Assembly (NCBI GenBank): GCA_964575845.1
Contig: CAZNSX010000004.1
Span: 1 to 64,000 of the forward strand
Direction: 5' to 3'
From: an uncultured bacterium
GTDB taxonomy: Bacteria; UBA8248; CAZNSX01
DNA: 64,000 nucleotides
The position numbers and the translations under genes are program-made. Below are positions 63,977 through 64,000 of the stretch, one piece after another. The notes beneath the pieces are model-generated. The model was not told the origin of the DNA, did no database searches, and saw nothing but the letters and a program-made list of their open reading frames with translations. The first letter of the stretch is position 1, and each line of letters starts with the position of its first letter.

Positions 63977-64000
63977 ATGGTCAGCCTTAAACCTATTTAG

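Noticed and set aside
1-64000. CRISPR arrays, rRNA genes, transposases/integrases
   Set aside because: No regularly spaced direct repeats, no rRNA-like conserved stretches, and no ORFs with DDE transposase or tyrosine/serine recombinase motifs were seen.

Overview
The window is a 64 kb, high-GC (about 60-65%) bacterial chromosomal segment that looks like an origin-proximal region from an anaerobe (A/V-type ATPase, selenoproteins, an Ahb/NirJ-like radical SAM enzyme). Identifiable core genes include serS, an A/V-type ATP synthase split into two clusters (C-F-A on + at 8.0-11.3 kb; G/H-I-K-E on - at 25.9-29.3 kb; B and D not in the window), folE-motA-motB plus a PilZ-like gene, two tRNA-Ser genes, scpA-scpB-rluB, pgsA, an AI-2E transporter, two tandem cation:proton antiporters, parA-parB with an upstream parS site, mnmG-rsmG, mnmE, galT, TctCBA, a peptide-type ABC uptake locus with an embedded M20 peptidase, and a CusF/DUF302/YVTN cluster. 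The most notable features are two adjacent selenoprotein genes with in-frame UGA codons, conserved on both sides: a peroxiredoxin whose FTPV-U motif replaces the peroxidatic Cys, and a GrdB/PrdB-family protein with GG-U-PLC. The other is a lower-GC defense island inserted between rsmG and parA, the usual position of the mnmG-rsmG-parA-parB run. It carries an MmeI-like single-chain restriction-modification enzyme, a zinc-ribbon-PIN protein, a HicAB toxin-antitoxin pair plus an orphan HicB, and an unknown membrane protein. It is bracketed by a 21-bp inverted repeat, and a third copy of that repeat lies near another AT-rich gene at the window end. A second low-GC stress cluster (hemerythrin, DUF488, PNPOx-like, Cys-rich protein, DUF2249) is also present. 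Coordinates are derived from the ORF track by codon arithmetic; internal start choices are approximate.
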